Shown piece after piece: positions 39,761 to 48,881 of a stretch of DNA of 58,211 bases. The stretch lies in assembly GCA_040905465.1 (NCBI GenBank), contig JBBDRK010000011.1, forward strand, positions 1 through 58,211. The letters are read 5' to 3'. This stretch comes from Trueperaceae bacterium. GTDB lineage: Bacteria > Deinococcota > Deinococci > Deinococcales > Trueperaceae. Below the pieces are notes generated by a model. It had not been told where the DNA came from. It worked only from the letters and a program-made list of their open reading frames with translations, and did not search any database. Position 1 is the stretch's first letter. Each line of letters opens with the position of its first letter. The position numbers and the translations under genes are program-made.

Positions 39761-40402
39761 ATGGCTGATGCCACGCTAGAGAACGAGGCAGCAAAAAACG
39801 AAGTGGCGGGGAACATCGAACCCGGGAGCGAAGTTGCCGCGACCGACCTCCCCGGCGTACAGCCTGCCCTTCGAGTCAGGCACGCCCGGTCCGAGGACGT
39901 GCCGGCGATCTTCGACAATATCGCCCACTGGGCGGAGGCCGGGCGCATGCTCGTACGCCCGATGCAGAACATCTTCGAGAACCTGCGCGACTTCTTCGTA
40001 TGCGAGGAGCTGACGGAAGACGGTCCCCGTTTCGCCGGCAATTCGGCGCTCCACATCCTGTGGGGCGATATCGCCGAGGTACGGGGGCTCGCTGTGGCCA
40101 GGGACGCTCGAGCCCGCGGTGTGGGCCGCGCGCTGGTTGCGGCCTGCGAGGACGAGGCACGGCGGGTGGGCATCCCGGTGGTCTTCGCCTGGACATACGA
40201 GGTCGGCTTCTTCGAGAAGTGCGGCTACCGGCTCATCGACAAGACCCGCGAGCTGCACCCGCGGGTCTGGTCCGAGTGCCTGCGCTGCCCGTTCTTCGTC
40301 GGCTGCAACGAAAACGGCGTGGTAAAGCGGCTCGAAGGCGTGCCGATGCCGCACAACCTGCCCGAACCGCCGCAGGCCCAGGTTCCGCCCGGCATCCGCT
40401 GA
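39761..40402 (+). CDS. argA: Short-form amino-acid N-acetyltransferase (ArgA-like GNAT)
   Basis: ALHILWGDIAEVRGLAV, FFEKCGY, VWSECLRCP....CNE; located in the arg operon. Confidence 0.75.
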   Translation: MADATLENEAAKNEVAGNIEPGSEVAATDLPGVQPALRVRHARSEDVPAIFDNIAHWAEAGRMLVRPMQNIFENLRDFFVCEELTEDGPRFAGNSALHILWGDIAEVRGLAVARDARARGVGRALVAACEDEARRVGIPVVFAWTYEVGFFEKCGYRLIDKTRELHPRVWSECLRCPFFVGCNENGVVKRLEGVPMPHNLPEPPQAQVPPGIR

Positions 40403-40569
40403 CCGGCCCTCCTTGTCGCTTCTCTGGCAACGGCAGGTGGCGGCGGCAGGTGGCAACGGCATGTGGCGGCGACGAGGGCGCCGGAGTTCGACGCCGGGGA
40501 TGCCGCCGCGGCCCATGGGCGCCGCTCTACAGTGCGCCGAGCGCTTCAGCGACGCGATAGAGTGACGCG

Positions 40570-41616
40570 ATGTCCAGCAAGCCGACAGGACGCAACGGGT
40601 CATCACGCAAGATCGTCTACGTCGCCTATACCGGTGGAACTATCGGCATGCGCCGAGGCGACTCCGGCTACAGTCCAGCTCCGGGCTACCTGGCCGAGCG
40701 GCTGGCGGCGATGCCCGAACTGAACCACCTGGACCTCCCCGACTACGTGCTCCACGAGTACGCGCCCCTGCTCGACTCCTCTAACGTCGGCCCGCCGGAG
40801 TGGGAAGCGATCGCGGGTGACATAGCCACGAACTATCAGCGGTTCGACGGATTCGTGGTTCTCCACGGGACCGACACCATGGCTTACAGCGCCTCCGCGC
40901 TCTCGTTCATGCTCGAGGGCCTGGCGAAGCCGGTTTTGCTGACCGGCTCGCAGATCCCCCTTGCCGAGGTGCGCAGCGACGCCCGCGAAAACCTGATCAC
41001 GTCGATGATGCTGGCGGCGTCCGGCGAGCCGAACGAGGTGTGCCTCTACCTGAACGGCGCGCTGCTTCGCGGCAACCGCGCGACCAAGGTCTCGGTCGGC
41101 GGTTTCGACGCGTTCGAGTCGCCGAACTTTCCGCTGCTCGGCAGCGTCGGCGTGGAGGTGAGTATCAGGCGCGACCTGCTGCGACCGCCCGGGGCACGCC
41201 AACTGCAAGTGCGTACCCTGTCCACCGATGGAATCGTCGCCTTGCGCCTGTTCCCGGGGATTTCGGCGAGCCTGGTCGAGCGCCTGCTCGAAGACCCGGT
41301 GCGCGGCGTGGTGCTCGAGACCTTCGGTGCCGGAAACGCACCTGCGCGCGACGGCGCCCTCCTCGACGCCCTGAGCCGCGCTTCTGAACGCGGCGTGGTC
41401 GTGGTGAACTGCACCCAGTGCCTGCGTGGCAAAGTCGATATGAGCGGCTATGCGACCGGGCGGGCGCTGGCGGAGGCCGGTGTCGTCGGCGGCGCAGACA
41501 TGACGGTTGAAGCGGCATTGGCAAAGCTGAGCTATCTGCTGACTCTCGGCATGACGCCGGCCCAGGTTCGTCGATCGATGGCGGTGAACCTCCGCGGCGA
41601 AATCAGCGAAGCTTAG
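40570..41616 (+). CDS. ansA: L-asparaginase type I
   Basis: TGGTIGM, HGTDTMAY, TGSQIP, RGNR..K. Confidence 0.95.
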   Translation: MSSKPTGRNGSSRKIVYVAYTGGTIGMRRGDSGYSPAPGYLAERLAAMPELNHLDLPDYVLHEYAPLLDSSNVGPPEWEAIAGDIATNYQRFDGFVVLHGTDTMAYSASALSFMLEGLAKPVLLTGSQIPLAEVRSDARENLITSMMLAASGEPNEVCLYLNGALLRGNRATKVSVGGFDAFESPNFPLLGSVGVEVSIRRDLLRPPGARQLQVRTLSTDGIVALRLFPGISASLVERLLEDPVRGVVLETFGAGNAPARDGALLDALSRASERGVVVVNCTQCLRGKVDMSGYATGRALAEAGVVGGADMTVEAALAKLSYLLTLGMTPAQVRRSMAVNLRGEISEA

Positions 41617-41710
41617 TGATCGCGTCGATCGGCCGCCCCTTGAAGGGTAGCCGGCTTCAGCAAGGGCAAACGCGCCTCGGCAGCGCCGGGCCGGAGGCTA
41701 TGCTGGCCCC

Positions 41711-41896
41711 ATGCGCTCCGATGTTTCGATCCCAGACGGTTACGTCCCACGGTCTTGCTCGTTCGGCTGCAGTTCAACCGGCCCCTGCTCGAGCGGCTGC
41801 TGCCCAAGCGGCGCCTGCTCGAGCGGCCGTTGCCCAAGCGGCCGTTGCTTCACCGGCCGTTGCTCGACCGGCGACCGTCCGCTTCCGGCCGCGTGA
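41711..41896 (+). CDS. Putative Cys-rich repeat small protein (61 aa)
   Basis: TATGCT 6 nt before the ATG; 9 Cys in mostly pentapeptide repeats; stop overlaps the mce start. Confidence 0.4.
   Translation: MRSDVSIPDGYVPRSCSFGCSSTGPCSSGCCPSGACSSGRCPSGRCFTGRCSTGDRPLPAA
41764..41868. repeat. Seven degenerate 15-bp tandem repeats (consensus ~CGGCCGYTGCYCRAS)
   Basis: Units start at 41764, 41779, 41794, 41809, 41824, 41839 and 41854. Confidence 0.9.
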
Positions 41897-42342
41897 CCGA
41901 GCTCCCCGAGCCGCTGCGTGGGCTGGCCCTGGACCACGTGGCGATAGCCGTCCCCGACCTGGAGGCGGCGTCGGCGCCCTACCGATTGCTCGGCCTGACG
42001 GCCGGCGACGACGAGCTGGTGGCCGGCCAGGGCGTGAGGGTCCGCATGTTCGGAGCCGACGCCGGCAAGGTCGAGCTTCTGGAACCGACCGCACCCGACA
42101 CGCCGGTCGGACGCTTCCTGGCGAAGCGCGGCAGTGGCCTTCACCACCTCGCTCTGCGCGTCGATAGGCTCGAGAGTGCAGTATCGCGGCTCGCCGAGGC
42201 GGGAGCTGACTTCATCGATCCGGTGCCCAGGCAGGGCCATAGCGGCAGCCGAGTCATCTTCCTCCATCCCGGCTGGACCGGAGGGGTGCTGCTGGAGCTG
42301 GTGGAGCATGCAAGCGGGCATGGCGTACCGGGCGGTGCATAG
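41893..42342 (+). CDS. mce: Methylmalonyl-CoA epimerase
   Basis: DHVAIAVPDL, QGV, VELLEP, FL.KRG.GLHHLA, FLHP...GGVLLEL. Confidence 0.9.
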   Translation: MTELPEPLRGLALDHVAIAVPDLEAASAPYRLLGLTAGDDELVAGQGVRVRMFGADAGKVELLEPTAPDTPVGRFLAKRGSGLHHLALRVDRLESAVSRLAEAGADFIDPVPRQGHSGSRVIFLHPGWTGGVLLELVEHASGHGVPGGA

Positions 42343-42721
42343 GAGGTCGGCGCCTGGCGTCTGGTGGTGGCGTGCCGCCGCACTCGCCTGGATGCTGCTC
42401 ATGTTCTGGCTGTCGAGCCGTAGCGATCTTCCCGATCCGGCACAGCTCCCGGAGTGGATTCCGGTCGACAAGGTCGCGCACCTGTTTCTCTTCGCAGTCC
42501 TGGCCGCACTCCTCTACCTCGCCGGCCTGCGAGCGCCGTTGGCGGTCCTGGGGGCAGGACTCTACGGCCTCAGCGACGAATTCCACCAGATGCACGTGCC
42601 CGGGCGCAGTCCCGAACTGCAGGACTGGATGGCCGACGTCGTGGGTGCCGTAGTCGGAGTATGGCTCGTGCATCGACTACGACGCCTCGCTACGTCGACG
42701 CCTCCCGAGCCGGTAGAATGA
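42335..42721 (+). CDS. VanZ family membrane protein
   Basis: DKVAH...F, DEFHQ..VPGR, DW.AD; exact start uncertain. Confidence 0.88.
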   Translation: MHRRSAPGVWWWRAAALAWMLLMFWLSSRSDLPDPAQLPEWIPVDKVAHLFLFAVLAALLYLAGLRAPLAVLGAGLYGLSDEFHQMHVPGRSPELQDWMADVVGAVVGVWLVHRLRRLATSTPPEPVE

Positions 42722-42852
42722 CCCGTGACCAGCACGCAGAACATCAGCGGGGAGCGGCTCGACGCGTCGGAAGTCAACGCTTCGGAGATCAACGCGGCCG
42801 AGATCAACGCGGCGCCAACGGCCCCCCACGTTCCCGGCAACGAGGTCGGACG

Positions 42853-43638
42853 GTGAAGCTGGCGTTGGTCGGGGCCGGCAAGATGGGAGCTGCCGTGCTG
42901 ACCGGTGCGCTACGGACCGAAGTAGTGGGCCAGGACGAAGTCGGCATCTACCACCCCGACCCCCGTCGGCGTTCCGAGCTCAGTGAGCAGTTCTGTGTCG
43001 CGCCGCTCGACGACGAAGGCGTACACCGCGCCGAACGGGTGCTGATAGCGGTGAAGCCGCAGTCCTTCCCGGAGATCGCGCCATTGATCGCGCAGCGGAC
43101 AGCTTCCTACATTTCGCTGATGGCCGGGGTACCAGCCGAGGCGATCGCCAGGCGCGTAGGGAGCCGCCGGGTGGTGAGGACAATGCCCAACCTCGGCGCT
43201 CGCCTCGGCCTCAGCACTACCGCGCTGGCCTTCTTGAGTGAGGCGACCGCGGCCGACGTTGAGTTCGCGGAGCGGCTGTTCACGGCCGTAGGCACGGTGC
43301 ACCGCCTGCCAGAGCGTTTATTCGACGCGTTCACGGGCCTGGTGGGATCGGGGCCCGCGTTTGCGGCCGTGGTGGCCGAGGCACTCGCCGATGGCGGAGT
43401 TCGTGTCGGCTTTCCCCGGTCGGTGGCGCGCGAGCTCACCCGCGAGGTACTGCTGGCGACCGCCAGGCTGCTGGAGGACGAGGAGCCGGCGAGGCTGAAA
43501 GACGAGGTATCGTCGGCCGGCGGCACCGCAATCGCCGGCGTGAAGGCGCTCGAACGTCACGGATTGCGCTATGCCCTCATCGACGCCGTAGAGCAGGCCG
43601 CGGAACGCGCCGCCGAGTTGCGGCGAGAGGACGAATGA
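42853..43638 (+). CDS. proC: Pyrroline-5-carboxylate reductase
   Basis: GAGKMG, AVKPQ, RTMPN, GSGPAF, V.S.GGT. Confidence 0.95.
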   Translation: MKLALVGAGKMGAAVLTGALRTEVVGQDEVGIYHPDPRRRSELSEQFCVAPLDDEGVHRAERVLIAVKPQSFPEIAPLIAQRTASYISLMAGVPAEAIARRVGSRRVVRTMPNLGARLGLSTTALAFLSEATAADVEFAERLFTAVGTVHRLPERLFDAFTGLVGSGPAFAAVVAEALADGGVRVGFPRSVARELTREVLLATARLLEDEEPARLKDEVSSAGGTAIAGVKALERHGLRYALIDAVEQAAERAAELRREDE

Positions 43639-44231
43639 GCCTGCCCGGAGCTTCGACAGCGGTTTCAGCGCGCCTGTTTTCGCTGTTGGTGCTGGCTGCC
43701 CTGCTGCTGGCGGGTACGACCTGGGCGCAGGACGAGAATTACTACCCGAGCTCGGACGGCCTGAGCTGGACTTACAGCAGCGGTGAAACCCAGACGCTCT
43801 CCGGGCCGCGCGAGTTCGAAGGGATAGAGGTCATGGTGCTCACCCATTATTTCGACGGCACCCCGGTCTCAGAGGACTATCTGCTGTTCAACGAAGGCGT
43901 GAGCAGCCTGGGAAGCGCCACCGGCGGAAAGATCGTCTCCTACATTCCACCGCTGCAGGTTTACGCCCCCGGCCCGCTCTCGGTTGGCCGCCGTTGGGAG
44001 AGCAGCACCCGGGTAAGCGGATTCGAGATCACCCTTACCGCCGAGGTGGTGGCCGTCCGGGGCGTGAACACCCCCGCCGGTCGCTTCAACGCACTTCAGA
44101 TCCGCCAGGTGACGACCACGAGCTCGGGCGCCCAGACGTCGCTCGATCTCTACTTCGTGCCAGGCGTGGGCATCGTGCGCTTCGAAACCAACGACGGCAC
44201 GGTCATCGACCTGATCGACCGAACTTTCTGA
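43635..44231 (+). CDS. Secreted hypothetical beta-rich protein
   Basis: Signal peptide; YYP....WTY, V.TPAGRF, YFVPGVGIV. Confidence 0.75.
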   Translation: MSLPGASTAVSARLFSLLVLAALLLAGTTWAQDENYYPSSDGLSWTYSSGETQTLSGPREFEGIEVMVLTHYFDGTPVSEDYLLFNEGVSSLGSATGGKIVSYIPPLQVYAPGPLSVGRRWESSTRVSGFEITLTAEVVAVRGVNTPAGRFNALQIRQVTTTSSGAQTSLDLYFVPGVGIVRFETNDGTVIDLIDRTF

Positions 44232-44279
44232 CGGCCGTACATCGTCGGGGCGGAGAAGCTCGGCAGGGAGAAGCTCGGC

Positions 44280-44498
44280 TCAGATAATGCCGCCTCCGAT
44301 TATCAGCCGCAGCACAGCGAGCACCAGGACCACCCCGTTGACGTTGCGCCCGCCGTTCTCGCGGGCCAGCATTCCTACTACCAGGCCGATAACGGCGAGT
44401 GGAATCACCAGCCAGTTGAACCATCCCAACAGGGGGATGAAGCCGACGAGGGCGCCCAGCAAGGCGACGACACCGATGACGATGGAGATGATGTTCAC
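44280..44498 (-). CDS. Small membrane protein
   Basis: Hydrophobic, with IPLLGWFNW; GTG start overlaps the tgt stop. Confidence 0.75.
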   Translation of the reverse strand: MNIISIVIGVVALLGALVGFIPLLGWFNWLVIPLAVIGLVVGMLARENGGRNVNGVVLVLAVLRLIIGGGII

Positions 44499-45754
44499 GT
44501 TTCCTCCCTTTCCGGAGCCAGCCATTCAGACTTGAGATCCGAGAAGCTTCCTGACTCGAGACTACGGCGAATGTCTTCGAACAGTCGGGTCATGAAGCGC
44601 AGATTGTGGATTGTGGCCAGCTGGGGTCCGAGCGATTCGCCTGCCTTGAAAAGGTGCCGCAGGTAAGAGCGCGAGACCGTGCGGCACGTCAGGCAGTCGC
44701 AACCAGGCTCGACCGGCCCCAGGTCGTCGGCGAAGCGGGCATTACGCAGGTTCAGCCGGAAATTGGCGAGCGGGCGTCCGCTGTCGTCGTACCGGGCCAG
44801 CAGTCCGCCGTTGCGGGCGTTTCGCGTCGGGCTGACACAGTCGAATGTGTCGCAACCTCGCTCGACCGCTTCGAAGATGGCCGGCACGTCACCGATACCA
44901 AGCAGGTGGCGAGGTCGCTCGGAGGGCAAGTGAGGTACCGTCCAATCGATCACCTCATACATCTCCTGATGCGTCTTCCCCAGGTTGCCGCCGATCGCGT
45001 ACCCGTCGAACGGCATGCCGCCGATGAAAGCCGCGCTGTGCTCGCGCAGCTCACGAAAGGCCCCGCCCTGGACGATGCCGTAGAGCGCCTGCCGGTAAGG
45101 ATGCATCGCCGGACCATCGCCGAAGGCGTTCAGGCTCCGACTCGCCCAGCGGTGGGTGCGCTCCATGCTCGCTTCGGTGTAGGACCGATCGTGCAGGGGG
45201 CTGGTGCACTCGTCGAAGGCGAGCACCATGTCGGCCCCCAGCGCCCGTTGTACCGCTATCGATATCTCCGGGTTGAGGTACTGCTCGCTGCCGTCGATAT
45301 GACTCCGAAAACGGACCCCCTCCTCATCGACCTCTACCAGCGGGTGCGCCGGGGCGCCGCGCCTTCTTTCGGAGGCGGCCGTTCGGGACTCCTCGCCGGG
45401 AAAGATCGTGGACACCTTGCCCACGCCGTGTTCGATCCCGGCGCCGAGCGAGAACACCTGGAAGCCGCCGGAGTCCGTCATGAGCGGCGCGTCCCACGAC
45501 ATGAAACGGTGAAGGCCGCCGTGCCTGCGCACGACCTCCGCACCGGGCCGCAGAAAGAGGTGGTAGGTGTTGGCGAAGAGCACGCCTATGCCGCTTTCGG
45601 CCACCGACCGGGTGGTGAGCCCCTTTACCGTCGCCTGGGTTCCGACCGCCACGAAGGCCGGCGTTTCGATAGTGCCGTGCGGCGTGCTCAGGCGTCCGCG
45701 GCGGGCGGCGCCTTCTCGACTCAGCACCCCGAATCCGAACGAATCGCTGGTCAC
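44495..45754 (-). CDS. tgt: tRNA-guanine transglycosylase
   Basis: NTYHL.LRPG, TDSGGFQVFSL, DECT, GIVQGG, CDC..C...H zinc site; start approximate. Confidence 0.95.
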   Translation of the reverse strand: MTSDSFGFGVLSREGAARRGRLSTPHGTIETPAFVAVGTQATVKGLTTRSVAESGIGVLFANTYHLFLRPGAEVVRRHGGLHRFMSWDAPLMTDSGGFQVFSLGAGIEHGVGKVSTIFPGEESRTAASERRRGAPAHPLVEVDEEGVRFRSHIDGSEQYLNPEISIAVQRALGADMVLAFDECTSPLHDRSYTEASMERTHRWASRSLNAFGDGPAMHPYRQALYGIVQGGAFRELREHSAAFIGGMPFDGYAIGGNLGKTHQEMYEVIDWTVPHLPSERPRHLLGIGDVPAIFEAVERGCDTFDCVSPTRNARNGGLLARYDDSGRPLANFRLNLRNARFADDLGPVEPGCDCLTCRTVSRSYLRHLFKAGESLGPQLATIHNLRFMTRLFEDIRRSLESGSFSDLKSEWLAPEREET

Positions 45755-45970
45755 GAGAGCAACACGGGCTGCTTCCGAATGCCTGCCAGTGCCGGATAAT
45801 CGCTGTCGCGGGGGCGTCGCTCGCTCATCGCGGCCAATTATAACGGCGGCAGTGGTCACGGCCGGGTAGCCGCAGCAGAGTGGGCTACCACCGAGAATGA
45901 ATAGGTCGCTGTAACCCATTCACCGGAGAATGCACCCCGGAATGATAAGATTTTCACGCTGGGAGGTTGC

Positions 45971-46585
45971 ATGGCGTTCCACATCAGCGGCAAGCTCTGC
46001 GTCTTGGGCGTAGTGATGGCCGTCCTAATCACCGCTTTCAGCGTGCCAACTCCCGATGGCGTAGCCTTGCAGGTCGCGCCTCAGGTCAGCCTTCTCGAGG
46101 AACCCAGGGATCTGAGCGGAACCAGTGCGCCCGTTCCCTTGGGACCGGTCGCCAATCCGCGCTACACTCTGCGCGCCACCGCGTACAACTCGCTCGAAAG
46201 CCAGACAGACTCTACACCGGACATCACGGCCACCGGCGCCCGCACCAAGTTCGGGATCGTCGCCGTCAGCCGCGATATGCTCACTCGCGATATTCCCTAC
46301 GGCTCGCTGGTGCGCATACGCGATCTGGGCAATTACTTCAACGGGCGCGGGGCGGGCAACTACCAATCCCTGCTCGACAGCCAGGGCCTGTTCATCGTCG
46401 AGGACACCATGCACCAGCGCAAGCAGCGCCAGTTGGACGTATGGTTCCCGGAACTGAGCAGCGCTCAACTGTGGGGAATCCGCCGGGTGGAGATCGAGGT
46501 CATCCGTTACGGGCGCGAGGGCCCCACACTGGCGAGCACCTGGAGCGACTTCGGGGCGACGCCGCAACTGCTCGCCTCCCGTTAG
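45971..46585 (+). CDS. 3D-domain (peptidoglycan hydrolase-like) protein
   Basis: ATAYNS..QTD..P.ITATG, VAVSRD, EDTM, DVWF. Confidence 0.85.
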   Translation: MAFHISGKLCVLGVVMAVLITAFSVPTPDGVALQVAPQVSLLEEPRDLSGTSAPVPLGPVANPRYTLRATAYNSLESQTDSTPDITATGARTKFGIVAVSRDMLTRDIPYGSLVRIRDLGNYFNGRGAGNYQSLLDSQGLFIVEDTMHQRKQRQLDVWFPELSSAQLWGIRRVEIEVIRYGREGPTLASTWSDFGATPQLLASR

Positions 46586-46615
46586 GCGCGGCCGCCGGCC
46601 GCGGTAGGGTTCCCT

Positions 46616-47797
46616 GTGCGCCGTTTCGTGCTCTTCCTGGCATTGCGCCACGTCCGGCGGCGCCCGCTTCAAAGCAGCCTTACCGTCGCCGGCGTGGCGG
46701 TGGGCGTGATGGTGCTGATCACGGCACTGTCGCTGACCAACGGTTTCATCGACGAACTCGTGCGCTCCACGTTGCAGGCCACACCTCATGTGACTCTGCA
46801 GGCCTATGACGGCTCGCTACTGCCGGAAGACTCGGAGACGCTGCGGGCGATCATCGACCACCCCGAGGTCGAAGCCGCGGCGCCGTTCCTTGCCGGCCAG
46901 GCCCTGATTGCGCGCCGGGCGGACACCACCTTGGGTGTGAGTGCGCGCCACGGTTTTACCCAGCTCCTCGGCATCGACGCCGAACTCGAGCAGCAGGTGC
47001 TCGGGCTGCCTGCCCTCGCGAACGCGGCCGAGTCCCTGGAGCAGGGCGGCGGCATAGTGCTCGGGGAGTCGCTCGCGCTGCGCCAGCTCGGTGTGTATCC
47101 GGGCGATTCGGTGTTCCTGCGGGACATCAGCGGCCGCAGCGCCGCTTTCGAGGTAGCGGACACCTTCCGGGTGGGCAACGAGCTCATCGACAGCGTTACG
47201 TCGTACCTGTCGATGGAGCGTCTTCAGGAGTTCCTGGGTGCCGAGGACCGGTTGACCGGCTTCCACGTTCGCGTGCGCAACCCGGAGCGGGCAGGAGCCG
47301 TGGGGCTCGAGCTAGCCACCGAGCTGGGCCTGCTCTCGATCTCCTGGGAACGGCTGTTTCAGACGCTCATCGAGCAACTCCGTCTGCAGAAGGCGATTAT
47401 CAGCGCGGTGGTGTTCCTCATCGTGCTGGTTGCCGCCATGGGCATCGCCAACATCCTCATCCTCACGGTGGCCGAAAAGACCGAGGAGATAGCCATCCTC
47501 CGGGCCCTCGGCGCGTCCGAATCGCAGGTCCTGTCCGTGTTCACGCTCGAAGGGCTGTTGCTGGGAGGAACCGGCACGCTTCTGGGCGCCCTGCTCGGGC
47601 TGGGCGTGAGCCTCTACTTTCGCTATCAGCCCTACCCGCTTCCGGGCGACCTCTACTTCATTACCCGCTTGCCCGTGGAGTTGCAGGCACTCGATGTCGT
47701 ATGGGTGTGCGGGCTCTCCTTGCTTACTTCGGTCGTTGCCGGACTGCTGCCGGCACGCCGGGCCGCCAACCTGAGCCCCACGGAGATCCTGAGGTGA
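46616..47797 (+). CDS. LolC/E-family ABC transporter permease
   Basis: GVAVGV.VLI..LS..NGF, EK..EIAILRALGA, PARRAA.L.P. Confidence 0.9.
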   Translation: MRRFVLFLALRHVRRRPLQSSLTVAGVAVGVMVLITALSLTNGFIDELVRSTLQATPHVTLQAYDGSLLPEDSETLRAIIDHPEVEAAAPFLAGQALIARRADTTLGVSARHGFTQLLGIDAELEQQVLGLPALANAAESLEQGGGIVLGESLALRQLGVYPGDSVFLRDISGRSAAFEVADTFRVGNELIDSVTSYLSMERLQEFLGAEDRLTGFHVRVRNPERAGAVGLELATELGLLSISWERLFQTLIEQLRLQKAIISAVVFLIVLVAAMGIANILILTVAEKTEEIAILRALGASESQVLSVFTLEGLLLGGTGTLLGALLGLGVSLYFRYQPYPLPGDLYFITRLPVELQALDVVWVCGLSLLTSVVAGLLPARRAANLSPTEILR

Positions 47798-48273
47798 GCG
47801 GTTACGGGCCGAAGCGCGCCTGGTCGTATGCGCTCTACCTGCTCGGCCGGCGCTCGCATACCGAGGCCGAAATTCGGGAGCGACTGAGCCGCAAGCAGGC
47901 GGAACGAGAGGTAATCGACGACATCATCGAGCGGTTGACGCGCTACCGGCTGGTCGATGACGCGGCGTTCGCGGAGGCCTATGTCAGGACCCATCGACGG
48001 CGCAAAGGCTCGATAGCCCTACGCCACGAGCTGCGCCGCAAAGGGGTACCGGAAGCGATGTCGGAGAGCGCGCTGGCGCCGCTGAGCGAACCGGCCCAGT
48101 TGACCAGCGCCAGCGACCTGCTGGAGCGCAACGCCTGGCGCTTTCGCACCCCCAGACCTGAGCGAAACCGGGCTCGAGCATTCGCATTCCTGGCACGCCG
48201 CGGTTTCCCCACAGAAACAGTGGCCGGTGCGCTGGAGCGGGCCGATTGGCTGAGTCCAGCCGAACCGGCCTAG
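47794..48273 (+). CDS. recX: Regulatory protein RecX
   Basis: AL.LL.RRSHT..E, LVDD..FA, ELRRKGV, FLARRGF. Confidence 0.9.
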   Translation: MSGYGPKRAWSYALYLLGRRSHTEAEIRERLSRKQAEREVIDDIIERLTRYRLVDDAAFAEAYVRTHRRRKGSIALRHELRRKGVPEAMSESALAPLSEPAQLTSASDLLERNAWRFRTPRPERNRARAFAFLARRGFPTETVAGALERADWLSPAEPA

Positions 48274-48339
48274 TACCGCGCTTCGACAGCCATCCGCTTG
48301 ACCGACGAAAGCGCGGAGGGGTACATTGGTCATTCGCGT

Positions 48340-48416
<77 letters not shown>

Positions 48417-48422
48417 CAGTCT

Positions 48423-48452
48423 AGGCCCCTGCTCATTCGGCAGGGGCCTTCT
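48423..48452 (+). terminator. Hairpin terminator after tRNA-Pro
   Basis: AGGCCCCTGC/GCAGGGGCCT inverted repeat. Confidence 0.7.
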
Positions 48453-48741
48453 CGTCGGGTGCCGGAAGCGGTTCGACCAGCACTGTCGACTGCGGAAACG
48501 CCAGTTCCACCAAGCCGGCCAACCGAGAAATCTCTCCGGGGTCGCCGGCGATGCATGCACTGAACGTACGCCAAGGGGATACGCTTTCCGACTGCAGAAG
48601 CTTCAGGCCCAACTGACCGGCCGCGTAGCTCACGGTCCTGGCCACGTTATGTGCCGCGGTACCGTCGGCGCTCTCCACACGAAACAGGTAGACCCCGTGC
48701 ATGCTCACTCCCAAGTGCCGCGATGACTCCTGTTCGCGCAA
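48433..48741 (-). CDS. Hypothetical protein
   Basis: 102-aa ORF fills the intergenic gap; no recognisable motif. Confidence 0.4.
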   Translation of the reverse strand: MREQESSRHLGVSMHGVYLFRVESADGTAAHNVARTVSYAAGQLGLKLLQSESVSPWRTFSACIAGDPGEISRLAGLVELAFPQSTVLVEPLPAPDEKAPAE

Positions 48742-48881
48742 CGGCCTTCATGTTAGGCGCTGGGTAGTGTCCAGGACGGGTAGAGCGCACAGTCCCGCCG
48801 GCCGCTGGCACTTGCTATGATGCATTTGCCGGCGGGAGGTGACATACCGCCTAGAAACCCAGTGTTTCAGGAGGCCTTACA

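Noticed and set aside
41764-41868. Repeat array as a CRISPR
   Set aside because: Contiguous 15-bp units with no spacers and no cas genes.
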